Origin: Pseudothermotoga sp.
Lineage (GTDB): Bacteria; Thermotogota; Thermotogae; Thermotogales; DSM-5069
Reading direction: 5' to 3' (one strand)
DNA: 31,295 nucleotides
Assembly: GCA_031962025.1 (NCBI GenBank)
Contig: JAVRKW010000015.1
Within the stretch, counting starts at the first letter, position 1, and each line of letters opens with the position of its first letter. A model generated the notes under the pieces. That model saw nothing but the letters and a program-made list of their open reading frames with translations. It did not search any database and was not told the origin of the DNA. Below, one piece after another: positions 16,920-26,342 of this stretch. Made by a program: the position numbers and the translations under genes.

Positions 16920-17855
16920 ATGAATCTATTGTATCTGGTACCTGGTATTGCACTTGGTCTTGTGTTGGGGGCAAATGATGGTGCGAGCATCTTTGGTCCT
17001 CTTGTGGCAGTGGGATCAATAAAACGAAGAACGGCTGTTTTGGTCAGCAGTCTTTTTGTGCTTCTTGGTGCTGTCTTTGGCGGTGGCGAAGGTGTAAAAA
17101 CACTGAGCAGTCTGACCACGCTCGATCAGTACCAGACCTCGGTGGCGATACTGGCTGCGAGTTTAACCGTGGTTCTGATGATATCATTGAAAGCTCCAGG
17201 TTCAGTCTCTCAGGCTGTTGTCGGCTCATTGATTGGCATCGGGTTAGTCTGTGGACCTGAAAATATAAGATGGTTTGTCCTGTTGAAAATAGCCCTTGTC
17301 TGGTTTTTCACACCACTTTTTGCAAGTTTTCTGGCTTTTGTTCTGTACAAGATTCTGGCATCTGTCTTCAGACGATTGAGAAGCATTCATCTACAGGTCT
17401 TATTTCTCAGATACGCGACTTTCATAGCGGTTTGCTACAGTGCTTATTCACTTGGAGCTAACAATGTTGCCAATGTCATCAGTTCGTTTGTTAAAAGAGG
17501 CTTAAGCTCATCTCTGGCACAATTTGCTGGCGGAGTCTGCATAGGTCTTGGTATATTAGTTTTTAGCAAAAGGATGACTTTTGTAATTGGAAAAAGTATA
17601 ATATTGTTGGATCATTTTTCGTCACTTGTTGCGTCTATTTCCATGGCAACAAATGTTTTCATATTCTCGCTGATTGGTGTACCGGTTTCTGCTACGCAGT
17701 CCACCATAGGTGCAGTGATAGGTGCGGGCATGAGCAGAGGTGAACGCCTGAGCAGTAGAAAAACCAGGATCCGAATTGTTCTTGGCTTAGTGTTGACACC
17801 ATGTGTCGCTGGTGCTATTTCCGCTTTACTCTATCTTTTACTGAGAGGAGGTTAA
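16920..17855 (+). CDS. Inorganic phosphate transporter (PiT/PHO4 family)
   Basis: Two PiT signatures GANDGAS.FG and SLGANNVAN, plus GVPVSATQ; very hydrophobic; ATG 16920 follows AAGGAGG. Confidence 0.9.
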   Translation: MNLLYLVPGIALGLVLGANDGASIFGPLVAVGSIKRRTAVLVSSLFVLLGAVFGGGEGVKTLSSLTTLDQYQTSVAILAASLTVVLMISLKAPGSVSQAVVGSLIGIGLVCGPENIRWFVLLKIALVWFFTPLFASFLAFVLYKILASVFRRLRSIHLQVLFLRYATFIAVCYSAYSLGANNVANVISSFVKRGLSSSLAQFAGGVCIGLGILVFSKRMTFVIGKSIILLDHFSSLVASISMATNVFIFSLIGVPVSATQSTIGAVIGAGMSRGERLSSRKTRIRIVLGLVLTPCVAGAISALLYLLLRGG

Positions 17856-17856
17856 T

Positions 17857-18504
17857 ATGGGTTGGATAGTTGGGAAAAAGGAGCAGGAGATTATAAAAAA
17901 GGTTTTAGAACATTTAGATGTTATGAGCACAGAACTTATAGAACTCAGAAAACTCATCGAAAGCTACTTGAATCACAAAATCGACGAAATTGAGCAGTTG
18001 GCTGAAAAGGTGAGATATTACGAACACCAAGCAGATATTGCCAGGCGAGAAGCCGAAACAATGATGTACAGTGGTGCCTTTTTGCCAAACTTCAGAGGAG
18101 ATCTGCTCGGTATAATCGAGGCAGCAGATAAGGTGGGAAACAAAGCAGAATATGTGGCTGATATACTTGAGCTTGAACATCCTGTTATTCCTGAATCTTT
18201 GAACAACCAACTGTTGAAACTTTTGGATATCTGCATTGAGACATACGAAGCTTTGAAAATTTCCATAAAGGATTTGTTCGAAGATCTTGAAAAAATCGAA
18301 GAACATGTCCTGCTGGTTGAACAAAAAGAGCACGAAGCCGACGGTGTTGAGAGATGTTTGATAAAACAGATCTACAGAATGGATATTTCAAATGGGCATA
18401 AGATTCAGCTCAAAGAACTTGTGAGAAGTATTGCTGATATTGCAGATCGTGCTGAGGATTGTTCTGATAGAGTAGAGATAGTATCATTAAAAAGGAGGGT
18501 GTGA
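17857..18504 (+). CDS. DUF47 / TIGR00153 phosphate transport regulator (PhoU-like)
   Basis: Repeated EH.AD motifs (YEHQADIARR, KEHEADGVER), IADRAED; adjacent to pit. Confidence 0.88.
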   Translation: MGWIVGKKEQEIIKKVLEHLDVMSTELIELRKLIESYLNHKIDEIEQLAEKVRYYEHQADIARREAETMMYSGAFLPNFRGDLLGIIEAADKVGNKAEYVADILELEHPVIPESLNNQLLKLLDICIETYEALKISIKDLFEDLEKIEEHVLLVEQKEHEADGVERCLIKQIYRMDISNGHKIQLKELVRSIADIADRAEDCSDRVEIVSLKRRV

Positions 18505-18508
18505 TTTT

Positions 18509-19285
18509 TTGTCACAGATCGGGCAGAAGTTTGAAGAATTAGTTTCCATAATGAGAAAACTGAGATCTGAAAATGGATGCGAATGGGATAGACAACAAAC
18601 TCATAAGAGTTTAAAATCTTATTTGATCGAAGAAGCTTTTGAATTGATTGAGGCAATAAATCAAGAGGATGACGAAAAAATGAAAGAAGAGCTGGGCGAT
18701 GTGTTGCTTCAGGTTGTCTTCCACAGCCAGATTGCCTCAGAGAGAGGAGCTTTTCAAATCCAGGAGGTCATAGAATCTTTGAATGAAAAGCTCATCAGAA
18801 GACATCCACATGTTTTTGGAGACAGTCCAGGGTATTCCTATCAGCAGTGGGAGAGAATCAAATCTCAAGAGAAGGGAGAAGAGAATACTTCTGCTATAGG
18901 CAAAATCAACCACGCACTTCCAGCACTGAGTCTTGCACGACGCATCCAGGAAAATGCTGCAGCAGTTGGATTTGACTGGCCTGAAATTTCAGGTGCACTG
19001 CAAAAGATCGATGAGGAAGTTTTGGAACTGAAACAGGCTATGCAAAAGGATCAAAAAAGCGCGCTCGAAGAAGAATTGGGTGATTTACTCTTTGCAGTAG
19101 TGAATGTCGCGCGGTTTCTGGATCTGGATCCAGAGGTTGCCCTGAGAAAGGCAACTGAGAAATTCATCAAAAGATTTCAGGTTATTGAAAAACTCGTCAA
19201 AGCAAGAGGACTAAATATGAAAGAACTTTCTCTTGCTCAGCTTGACGAACTTTGGGAAGAAGTGAAGGGAGGAGAATCAAAATGA
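18509..19285 (+). CDS. mazG: Nucleoside triphosphate pyrophosphohydrolase MazG
   Basis: LRSENGCEWDRQQTH.SL, EELGDVLLQVVFHSQIA, KLIRRHPHVF, second domain EEELGDLLFAVVN. Confidence 0.95.
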   Translation: MSQIGQKFEELVSIMRKLRSENGCEWDRQQTHKSLKSYLIEEAFELIEAINQEDDEKMKEELGDVLLQVVFHSQIASERGAFQIQEVIESLNEKLIRRHPHVFGDSPGYSYQQWERIKSQEKGEENTSAIGKINHALPALSLARRIQENAAAVGFDWPEISGALQKIDEEVLELKQAMQKDQKSALEEELGDLLFAVVNVARFLDLDPEVALRKATEKFIKRFQVIEKLVKARGLNMKELSLAQLDELWEEVKGGESK

Positions 19286-20310
19286 AGAAAGTTCTGGTAC
19301 TTTTTGCGATTCTTTCAACAGTTGTTTTGTTTGCTCAAGAAACTCAACCGGCAACAACGGTGGTTGCAGAGGTTAACGGTGTACCAATCACCATGGCTGA
19401 GCTGGACAGAGAGGCAAATCTGAATAGACTTCTTGTTCAAATTCAGTCGATCGACGATAGATTCTACGAGGTTCTCACGGGTACGCCGGAAGGTATGAAC
19501 CTTTTGCTTCGCTACAAGAGAGAGGTATTGAACAATCTCATAGACCAGGTACTGATCAAGCAAATGGCTGAGAAAATGAACATAAAAATCCAGAAAGAAG
19601 ATATCGAGAAAATGGTCTCTGATGAACTCAACAAAACACTCACTCAATATGGTATGACAGAAACAGATCTTGACTGGTATTTGAAACAATCTGGATTGGG
19701 AGATCTTGAATCGTTCAAAGACAGATTGAGATGGATTTTCTCAGTTCAACAGGCAGTTACTCTGATACAGCAACAGGTAACTTCTTCTGCCACTGTCACC
19801 GAAGAAGAGGCAAAGAAGTTTTACGAAGAAAATAAGGATTATTTTGCAGTTGAAGAAGCCGCAAAACTTTTGCGTATAATAGTCGACAGTAAAGAAAAAG
19901 CAGACAAAGTACTTGAGCGTATAAGAGCTGGCGAAGATTTTTCTGCTGTTGCAAGCGATGTATCTATTGATCCTTTGACCAAGGGCAAAGCAGGAGATCT
20001 CGGATGGGTCGAGCGCAACAGCGGTTTGATAGCCACTGATATAGAAGAAAAGATCTTCGCAAGTCCTAAAGGTGCAATGCTTGGTCCAATTCAAAGCACC
20101 GGCGGGTGGGAGATATACCGCATTCTGGATAAAAGACCAAAGGGATATGAAGCCTTCGAAGATGTCGCAAAAGACATATACCAGTATCTGTTGCAGCAAA
20201 AATCCCAGCAATTCTGGCAAGATTGGATTTCGCAACAGTTCATACCGTTCAAAAATTCCAGCACGATAAAAATCTATCTTCTGACAGAGGGAGGACAAAC
20301 AAATCAATGA
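19282..20310 (+). CDS. Exported SurA/PrsA-like chaperone with a PpiC (parvulin) domain
   Basis: Signal peptide; VVAEVNGVPIT, VLNNLIDQVLI, GEDFSAVASDVS.D...GDLGW; ATG 19282 after GGAGG. Confidence 0.85.
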   Translation: MKKVLVLFAILSTVVLFAQETQPATTVVAEVNGVPITMAELDREANLNRLLVQIQSIDDRFYEVLTGTPEGMNLLLRYKREVLNNLIDQVLIKQMAEKMNIKIQKEDIEKMVSDELNKTLTQYGMTETDLDWYLKQSGLGDLESFKDRLRWIFSVQQAVTLIQQQVTSSATVTEEEAKKFYEENKDYFAVEEAAKLLRIIVDSKEKADKVLERIRAGEDFSAVASDVSIDPLTKGKAGDLGWVERNSGLIATDIEEKIFASPKGAMLGPIQSTGGWEIYRILDKRPKGYEAFEDVAKDIYQYLLQQKSQQFWQDWISQQFIPFKNSSTIKIYLLTEGGQTNQ

Positions 20311-21359
20311 ACCTCAAGACAATAACTATGGAATGGACGGGAGATCGTCTTATACTTGTGGATCAAAGAAAATTGCCACATGTTGTCGAATACGTTGAAT
20401 GTAAAACTCATGAAGAAGTTGCCCGGGCGATCAAAGAGATGATCGTCCGCGGTGCTCCTGCGATAGGTGCAGTTGCGGCATTTGGATTTGTTCTTGGAGC
20501 AAAACAATTTTCACACCTTAAAACAGAGAGTTTTACCGAACACATAGAAACAGTTAGAAAAAACCTTGCTTCGACTCGCCCCACCGCGGTTAATCTTTTC
20601 TGGGCACTGGAGCGCATGTACCGTAAAACTCAACAAACCAGTGATATTGATCAGCTTCTGTCAATCCTTGAAGAAGAAGCTATGAAGATAGCAAAGGAAG
20701 ATATCGAAGTGAACAGGGCTATTGGAATGTACGGTCAAACGTTGCTAAAAGACGGCGATACGGTTTTGACGCACTGTAATGCCGGTGCTCTGGCAACGGT
20801 GGATTATGGTACCGCACTGGGGGTTATAAGAGCAGCCGTTGAAAACGGTAAAAGAATCAGGGTTTATGTAGATGAAACAAGACCTTATCTGCAGGGTGCC
20901 CGTTTAACCGCATGGGAACTGGTACAGCTCGGTGTTGAGACAGTACTCATAACGGACAACATGGCTGGCTGGGTCATGAAACAGGGTAAGGTCAATGCCG
21001 TGATCGTTGGAGCTGACAGGATAGCCGCAAATGGTGATGTTGCGAATAAAATAGGTACTTATTCGGTTGCTGTACTTGCCAACAGAAACGGTGTACCATT
21101 TTATGTTGCTGCACCTGTTTCAACAATAGATATAAAGATAAAAGACGGCACACAGATACCCATAGAGGAACGCTCACATGAAGAAGTCACACACATAGGT
21201 GGAAAGAAAATTGCCGCCGATGGTGTACGGGTTTACAATCCTGCTTTTGATGTAACAGAAAATGAACTGGTGAGTGCGATCATAACACAGAAAGGTATTT
21301 TGAGACAGCCTTACAGCGAAAGTATCAGCAAATTGTTTTCGTCGGAGGCTGAAAGGTGA
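20307..21359 (+). CDS. mtnA: S-methyl-5-thioribose-1-phosphate isomerase
   Basis: VRGAPAIG, TRPTAVNL, LTHCNAGALAT, DETRPYLQGARLT, GADRIAANGDVANKIGTY, NPAFDVT. Confidence 0.95.
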   Translation: MNLKTITMEWTGDRLILVDQRKLPHVVEYVECKTHEEVARAIKEMIVRGAPAIGAVAAFGFVLGAKQFSHLKTESFTEHIETVRKNLASTRPTAVNLFWALERMYRKTQQTSDIDQLLSILEEEAMKIAKEDIEVNRAIGMYGQTLLKDGDTVLTHCNAGALATVDYGTALGVIRAAVENGKRIRVYVDETRPYLQGARLTAWELVQLGVETVLITDNMAGWVMKQGKVNAVIVGADRIAANGDVANKIGTYSVAVLANRNGVPFYVAAPVSTIDIKIKDGTQIPIEERSHEEVTHIGGKKIAADGVRVYNPAFDVTENELVSAIITQKGILRQPYSESISKLFSSEAER

Positions 21360-21805
21360 GAATAAATCCTCTGGAAGATGGAAGTTTTAAGAGTTCCGAG
21401 GTGAAGAGAAAAAAACAGATAAGATCAAAGGCTATCAGTCAAGCCTCAAAGTCTGATTTTTTTGAGATCTTGGAGGATTTCGAAGAAGAGAAATTGGATG
21501 AGATCCTTGAAGTTCTGATCAAAAAGGTCGTTAGTGCCGGCAACGAACTTGTTCGTTCACCCACTCAGGAAAATTTCAAAAACTACCGTGAAAGCGTGAA
21601 GAATTTCCTGAAAGTGATCGAGAAAAAACTCTACAAAGTTCAAAGACAGGTTTCAAAAGACATAGATTTACACGTCGTGGCTCAGGAAATCGATCAGCGG
21701 CTTGAGCAGATCGCAAAAAGTTTGATAGAGGCAGAAAAAAGCGCTATTGCACTCGCAGCAAGGGTTCAGGAGATATACGGTTTACTCATGGATCTGTACA
21801 GGTGA
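21356..21805 (+). CDS. YaaR / DUF327 family protein
   Basis: G.ELVRSPT.ENFKNYRESVKNFL, EIYGLLMDL; lies upstream of holB as in Firmicutes. Confidence 0.8.
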   Translation: MRINPLEDGSFKSSEVKRKKQIRSKAISQASKSDFFEILEDFEEEKLDEILEVLIKKVVSAGNELVRSPTQENFKNYRESVKNFLKVIEKKLYKVQRQVSKDIDLHVVAQEIDQRLEQIAKSLIEAEKSAIALAARVQEIYGLLMDLYR

Positions 21806-22683
21806 GTAAAGTGAAAGATTTAATCGATAAAGTCCGCAAATTCATCGTTATGAATGTCGGATCATCGGTGTGTTTGTGTTCAAATGACGAATCTTTATTG
21901 CAATGGGTCTGTTCACAAGCCGTTGAATCAATTACAAAGGAATATTTGATTTTGAGCGAACCTGGCATCGACGATGTGCGCTACATGATGGATTTCGTGT
22001 TCAGTTCAACCAGCGATGGATACAAGGTCGTTTTCATTCACAGATCAGAGAGAATCTTACAGGAAGCGGCAAATTCGATGTTGAAAATACTGGAAGAACC
22101 ACCTCTTCACAGCGTAATTGTTCTTACAACCACCAGGTTTACTGACTTATTAGCGACCATTAGAAGCAGGGTAAAAACTTTGAATATATCCATTGATAAA
22201 AATATCGTTGAATCGCTGAGAAAAAAATTTGCAGCTAATCCAAAAATTGACTTAATAATAAAACTCTGCAGTAATGATTTTGATTTACTCAATTACATGC
22301 AGCAGGTCGATGAATTTGAGCAATATGTCCAGTTTGATCAATCGCAGTTCGTTGAGATATTCACTGAAAATCAGCTGTCAGCTCAAAACAAGATGAAAGC
22401 ATCACTCATGCTCGATGATCTGTATATAAAACTTTCAAACTGGACTGAAAAAGACTTGATAAACCTGTACATAGGTATACAAAAATCAAACAAAATAGAT
22501 CTGAACGCTATGATATTTTTCATGTGCAGGGTTTTCCAAACTGTTCTTGAACTACACGGCTGTAGAGATGCATCGACATTCAAATGGCTTGACCTTATAC
22601 TGGCAAACAGACTGATGAACTTCAATGGACCGCTCACTCTACTGAACATGCTCATACTCGTCAAAAGATCATCAAGGAGGTGA
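21802..22683 (+). CDS. holB: DNA polymerase III subunit delta' (divergent)
   Basis: GIDDVR, KVVFI, EAANSMLKILEEPP, LLATIRSR; yaaR-holB-yaaT synteny. Confidence 0.78.
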   Translation: MSKVKDLIDKVRKFIVMNVGSSVCLCSNDESLLQWVCSQAVESITKEYLILSEPGIDDVRYMMDFVFSSTSDGYKVVFIHRSERILQEAANSMLKILEEPPLHSVIVLTTTRFTDLLATIRSRVKTLNISIDKNIVESLRKKFAANPKIDLIIKLCSNDFDLLNYMQQVDEFEQYVQFDQSQFVEIFTENQLSAQNKMKASLMLDDLYIKLSNWTEKDLINLYIGIQKSNKIDLNAMIFFMCRVFQTVLELHGCRDASTFKWLDLILANRLMNFNGPLTLLNMLILVKRSSRR

Positions 22684-23516
22684 TCAAATTGGAGATGACA
22701 GCAGTCGTATACGCTGTTGAGATACTACCAAAAGGAAAGTTGAGTTACTACGCAGAAAACGGTGAGGAAAACATAAAACCAGGTGATCTTGTGCTTGTTA
22801 TGACTGAGTTCGGACCGGATGTCGGTAGAGTTATAAAAGGTCCAAAAGAGATGGGAATAGAAGAACTTGGGACCGAACTCAAACCAATCATAAAGAAACT
22901 GACAGATGAGGATTTGAAAATATATCAACAAAATGTGAAGGAAGCCCAGGAAGCATTCGATATATGTGCGCAAAAGATAAAGGAACACAACCTTCCGATG
23001 AAATTACTCCATGCACGATACATGTTCGACAAGTCAAGGCTGGTCTTCTTTTTCAGTTCAGAAACCAGAGTGGACTTCAGAGAGCTTGTAAAAGACCTTG
23101 CGAGAATTTTCAAAACCCGCATAGAACTCAGACAGGTTGGAGTGCGTGACGAACTGAAGTTCATCGGTGGCTTGGGGCTGTGTGGACTGCCTACCTGCTG
23201 CAGCACCTTTTTACGCGAATTTGACAGCATAACTTTGAAACATGCAAAATGCCAGCAGTTGATGATCAACACAGCGAAGATATCAGGTGCATGCAGAAGA
23301 CTCCTGTGTTGCCTGATGTACGAATACGATTTCTACGAAGAGGAGCTCAGAGGCATCCCTGAAGAAGGTGAAACAGTTATTTACAACGAGAAGAGCTATA
23401 AAGTTCAATCAACAGACGTCTTTAAAAAAACAGTGCTTGCTATCTCTGAAGAGGGTGAGATGGTCTATCTGCCATTTTCATACTTCAGAGGTGATAAGAA
23501 TGCCTCAGATGGGTAA
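22680..23516 (+). CDS. PSP1-domain protein (YaaT/RicT)
   Basis: RVDFRELVKDLARIFKTRIELRQVGVRDE, GLCGLPTCC, KISGACRRLLCCL.YE; the true start may be TTG 22689 or ATG 22695. Confidence 0.9.
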   Translation: MIKLEMTAVVYAVEILPKGKLSYYAENGEENIKPGDLVLVMTEFGPDVGRVIKGPKEMGIEELGTELKPIIKKLTDEDLKIYQQNVKEAQEAFDICAQKIKEHNLPMKLLHARYMFDKSRLVFFFSSETRVDFRELVKDLARIFKTRIELRQVGVRDELKFIGGLGLCGLPTCCSTFLREFDSITLKHAKCQQLMINTAKISGACRRLLCCLMYEYDFYEEELRGIPEEGETVIYNEKSYKVQSTDVFKKTVLAISEEGEMVYLPFSYFRGDKNASDG

Positions 23517-23709
23517 ACTGCTCATTGTAATAGGTGTTGTTTTAGTGGTTGTTGGTGTGTTCATGTACTTGATCCCATTCGGGCGTCTACCAGGGGATAT
23601 AATCATAAAAAAAGAAAAATTCGTGCTGTACTTTCCGCTCATGACCAGTCTTTTAGTAAGTGCAGTTTTGTCGTTGGTCTTTTTTCTGATATCGAAACTC
23701 GGTAAATAA
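23500..23709 (+). CDS. DUF2905 family small membrane protein
   Basis: MGKLLIVIG..., GRLPGDI, YFPLMTSLLVS; RBS GAGGTG before ATG 23500. Confidence 0.85.
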   Translation: MPQMGKLLIVIGVVLVVVGVFMYLIPFGRLPGDIIIKKEKFVLYFPLMTSLLVSAVLSLVFFLISKLGK

Positions 23710-23730
23710 AGTCAAAGGGAGGTAACATGA

Positions 23731-25620
23731 ATGAAAAAATTCACCAAAGAAGAAATCAAGAAACTCAAGGAAATTGCTCAATTGTGCCGTGGTGATATTC
23801 TCAAGATGACTTATGTTGCCAATTCGGGTCACCCAGGAGGATCTATGTCATCACTTGAGATTTTTTTGAGCATCTTTTCTTTTGCAAAGATAGATCCGAA
23901 AAATCCGTATGATCCATTGCGCGACCGAATTGTTGTCAGCCACGGTCACACCTCTGCCGGTGTTTATTCTGTGCTTGGAAGACTTGGCTTTGTGAACATA
24001 GATGATGTAATCTCGGGTTTCAGACATCCTGCGAGTATCTTTGAGGGTCACGTGACCCGCGGTATACCCGGTGTCGAATGGACAACGGGAAACCTTGGGC
24101 AGGGTTTATCTGCTGGTGTCGGGTTCGCGCTTGCCGCAAAGATAAAAGAACAGGATTACAACGTCTTCGTTGCCATGAGCGATGCTGAGCAGGCAAAAGG
24201 TCAGGTTGCAGAAGCGCGGAGAGTTGCAAAAAAATACGGCTTGAGCAATATAACAGTTGTTATAGATTACAACGATGCTCAGATATCTGGAAGAGCAAGA
24301 GACGTAATGCCGGTTAATATAAGGGCAAATTACGAAGCCGACGGATGGAGAGTACTTGAAGTCGACGGTCATGATATAGAACAACTTTTAAATGCCCTGC
24401 AGCAGGCGGTAGAAGACAGGGTTAATCCTGTAGCCATCATTGCCCACACGGTTATGGGAAAAGGTGTTTCTTTCATGGAAAACGACGTGTCTTTCCATGG
24501 AAAACCGCTGAGCAAAGAACAGCTCGAGAAAGCTTTGAATGAACTTCAAATAGAAAACGATGTACAAAAGTATATCGAAATGCGCAAGCAACTTGGAAAT
24601 GAAAAACACAGACCACTTCACGTTGAATACCCTGTCAAGATAACCATTCCTCCAAGTAGAACTTATACAGATAAAATGGACAACCGCGGTGCTTTTGGAA
24701 AGGCAGTACTCGATCTGGTGAAAGCAAATAAAGATAGCGAGACACCAATAGTCACGGTTGACTGTGACCTTGCCACTTCTGTCAAGCTGGATGAAGTTCA
24801 AAAGCATGTTCCACAGATGTTTCTTGAGCTCGGTGTACAGGAACACAATGCTGCAGCAGTTGCGGGAGCTCTTTCGGCAGATGGTGTTATAACCTTTTTT
24901 GCAGATTTTGGAGTCTTTGGAGTCAGTGAAACATACAATCAGCACAGGTTGAACGCGATAAACCACACCAATCTCAAAGTTGTCGTAACTCACTGTGGCT
25001 TGAATGTCGGTGAAGACGGCAAGACTCACCATGATCTTGACTATATCTCCGCTCCGGCAAACTGGCTTGGGTATAAGGTAATAATTCCAGCAGATCCGAA
25101 CCAGACCGATCGGGTGATCAGATATGTAGCAAGTGTTTATGGAAATTACTTGATCGCCATGGGAAGAGCCAAGATGGCTCCGATTCTGGACCAGACCGGT
25201 AAATTATTTTTCGGCGACGATTATCAATTTGTTTATGGAAAAATAGATGTTTTGAGAAAAGGAGACAAGATAACCATAATCAGTTGTGGCTCGGTATTGG
25301 AGAATGCAATCAAGGCGGCTGATAATTTCAAAGGAAAGGTTGCCGTACTCAACGTATCCTGTCCGCTTGATCTTGATGAATCAACACTCAGAGAGTACGC
25401 ACACGGGAAAAGTGTTCTGGTTGTGGAAGATCACGCTGCACCTTTGGGTCTTGCAGCTCTTGTGGCTAAATTTTTCCTTGTCAAGGGAATAATTCCATCG
25501 AGATTTGAACAGGTGGCAGTTGAAGAACATGCCGTGTCAGGACCTTACGAATCTCTGTACGATATTTACGGACTCAGTACATCAAAGATCACAGAAAAAC
25601 TGGGTCAGATGATCGAGTGA
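23731..25620 (+). CDS. tkt: Transketolase
   Basis: SGHPGGSMS, DRIVVSHGH, TTGNLGQG, TPP motif SDAEQ...DYN, LGVQEHN, GEDGKTH. Confidence 0.92.
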   Translation: MKKFTKEEIKKLKEIAQLCRGDILKMTYVANSGHPGGSMSSLEIFLSIFSFAKIDPKNPYDPLRDRIVVSHGHTSAGVYSVLGRLGFVNIDDVISGFRHPASIFEGHVTRGIPGVEWTTGNLGQGLSAGVGFALAAKIKEQDYNVFVAMSDAEQAKGQVAEARRVAKKYGLSNITVVIDYNDAQISGRARDVMPVNIRANYEADGWRVLEVDGHDIEQLLNALQQAVEDRVNPVAIIAHTVMGKGVSFMENDVSFHGKPLSKEQLEKALNELQIENDVQKYIEMRKQLGNEKHRPLHVEYPVKITIPPSRTYTDKMDNRGAFGKAVLDLVKANKDSETPIVTVDCDLATSVKLDEVQKHVPQMFLELGVQEHNAAAVAGALSADGVITFFADFGVFGVSETYNQHRLNAINHTNLKVVVTHCGLNVGEDGKTHHDLDYISAPANWLGYKVIIPADPNQTDRVIRYVASVYGNYLIAMGRAKMAPILDQTGKLFFGDDYQFVYGKIDVLRKGDKITIISCGSVLENAIKAADNFKGKVAVLNVSCPLDLDESTLREYAHGKSVLVVEDHAAPLGLAALVAKFFLVKGIIPSRFEQVAVEEHAVSGPYESLYDIYGLSTSKITEKLGQMIE

Positions 25621-26342
25621 ATAAGGAAGAACTGTCAACCATAATCTCTTTTATGGGATCAATAGGTTACAGATTTCTTCAGCCGCAGATAATCTACAAT
25701 GCTCTGTGCCATTCTTCATACGCACATGAACAAAATCAGCGCGGCAGAAAGGACGTAGAATCAAACGAAAGACTCGAATTTCTTGGCGATGCGGTGATCG
25801 ATCTGTTAATCGCCGAATATCTGTACAAAAACTTTCCCGACGCATCAGAAGGTATTATGGCAAAGGTGAAAGCGGCTGTGGCAAGTGAGGAAGCACTTGC
25901 ACAAATTGCCAGAGATATCAATTTAGGACAGTATCTCTTTCTTGGTCACGGAGAAGAGGTTACTGGTGGGCGTGATAGAGATTCGATACTCGCCGATACA
26001 CTCGAAGCTGTGGCGGCGGCAATTTACATAGACGGCGGTATGGAATCTTTGAGAAAATGCCTTCTTTCACACTTTGCCAGATACGCTCAGCAGGTGATAG
26101 AAGGAAAAATAGTCTTTGACTACAAAACTTTTTTGCAGGAAATAACCCAGAACAAATTCAGACAGCTGCCAGAATATGTCCTTGTTGATGAACAGGGTCC
26201 TTCTCACATGAAAAAGTTCACAGTCGAACTCAGACTGAACAAAAAGTTGATTGCCGTGGGAGAAGGTTTTTCAATAAAAGAAGCAGAGAAAAATGCAGCA
26301 AAAAAAGCCATTGAAAAGCTCAAAGGAGAATTAAACCAGTGA
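25617..26342 (+). CDS. rnc: Ribonuclease III
   Basis: NERLEFLGDAV signature, ADTLEA, C-terminal dsRBD (DYKTFLQE...GPSH.KKF...AEKNAAKKA). Confidence 0.96.
   Translation: MNKEELSTIISFMGSIGYRFLQPQIIYNALCHSSYAHEQNQRGRKDVESNERLEFLGDAVIDLLIAEYLYKNFPDASEGIMAKVKAAVASEEALAQIARDINLGQYLFLGHGEEVTGGRDRDSILADTLEAVAAAIYIDGGMESLRKCLLSHFARYAQQVIEGKIVFDYKTFLQEITQNKFRQLPEYVLVDEQGPSHMKKFTVELRLNKKLIAVGEGFSIKEAEKNAAKKAIEKLKGELNQ

Noticed and set aside
18509..19285. MazG as an anti-phage/abortive-infection gene
   Set aside because: It is a two-domain housekeeping MazG in a core gene run, with no toxin-antitoxin or defence neighbours.
19741..20307. 188-aa minus-strand ORF
   Set aside because: Antisense to the SurA/PrsA-like gene; no motifs.
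23727..23795. Out-of-frame ATG (ATGAATGA) giving a 22-codon ORF over the tkt start
   Set aside because: It is only 4 nt from the RBS versus 8 nt for the tkt ATG; there is no evidence of function.
24388..25032. 214-aa minus-strand ORF
   Set aside because: Antisense to the well-supported transketolase; shadow-ORF composition.
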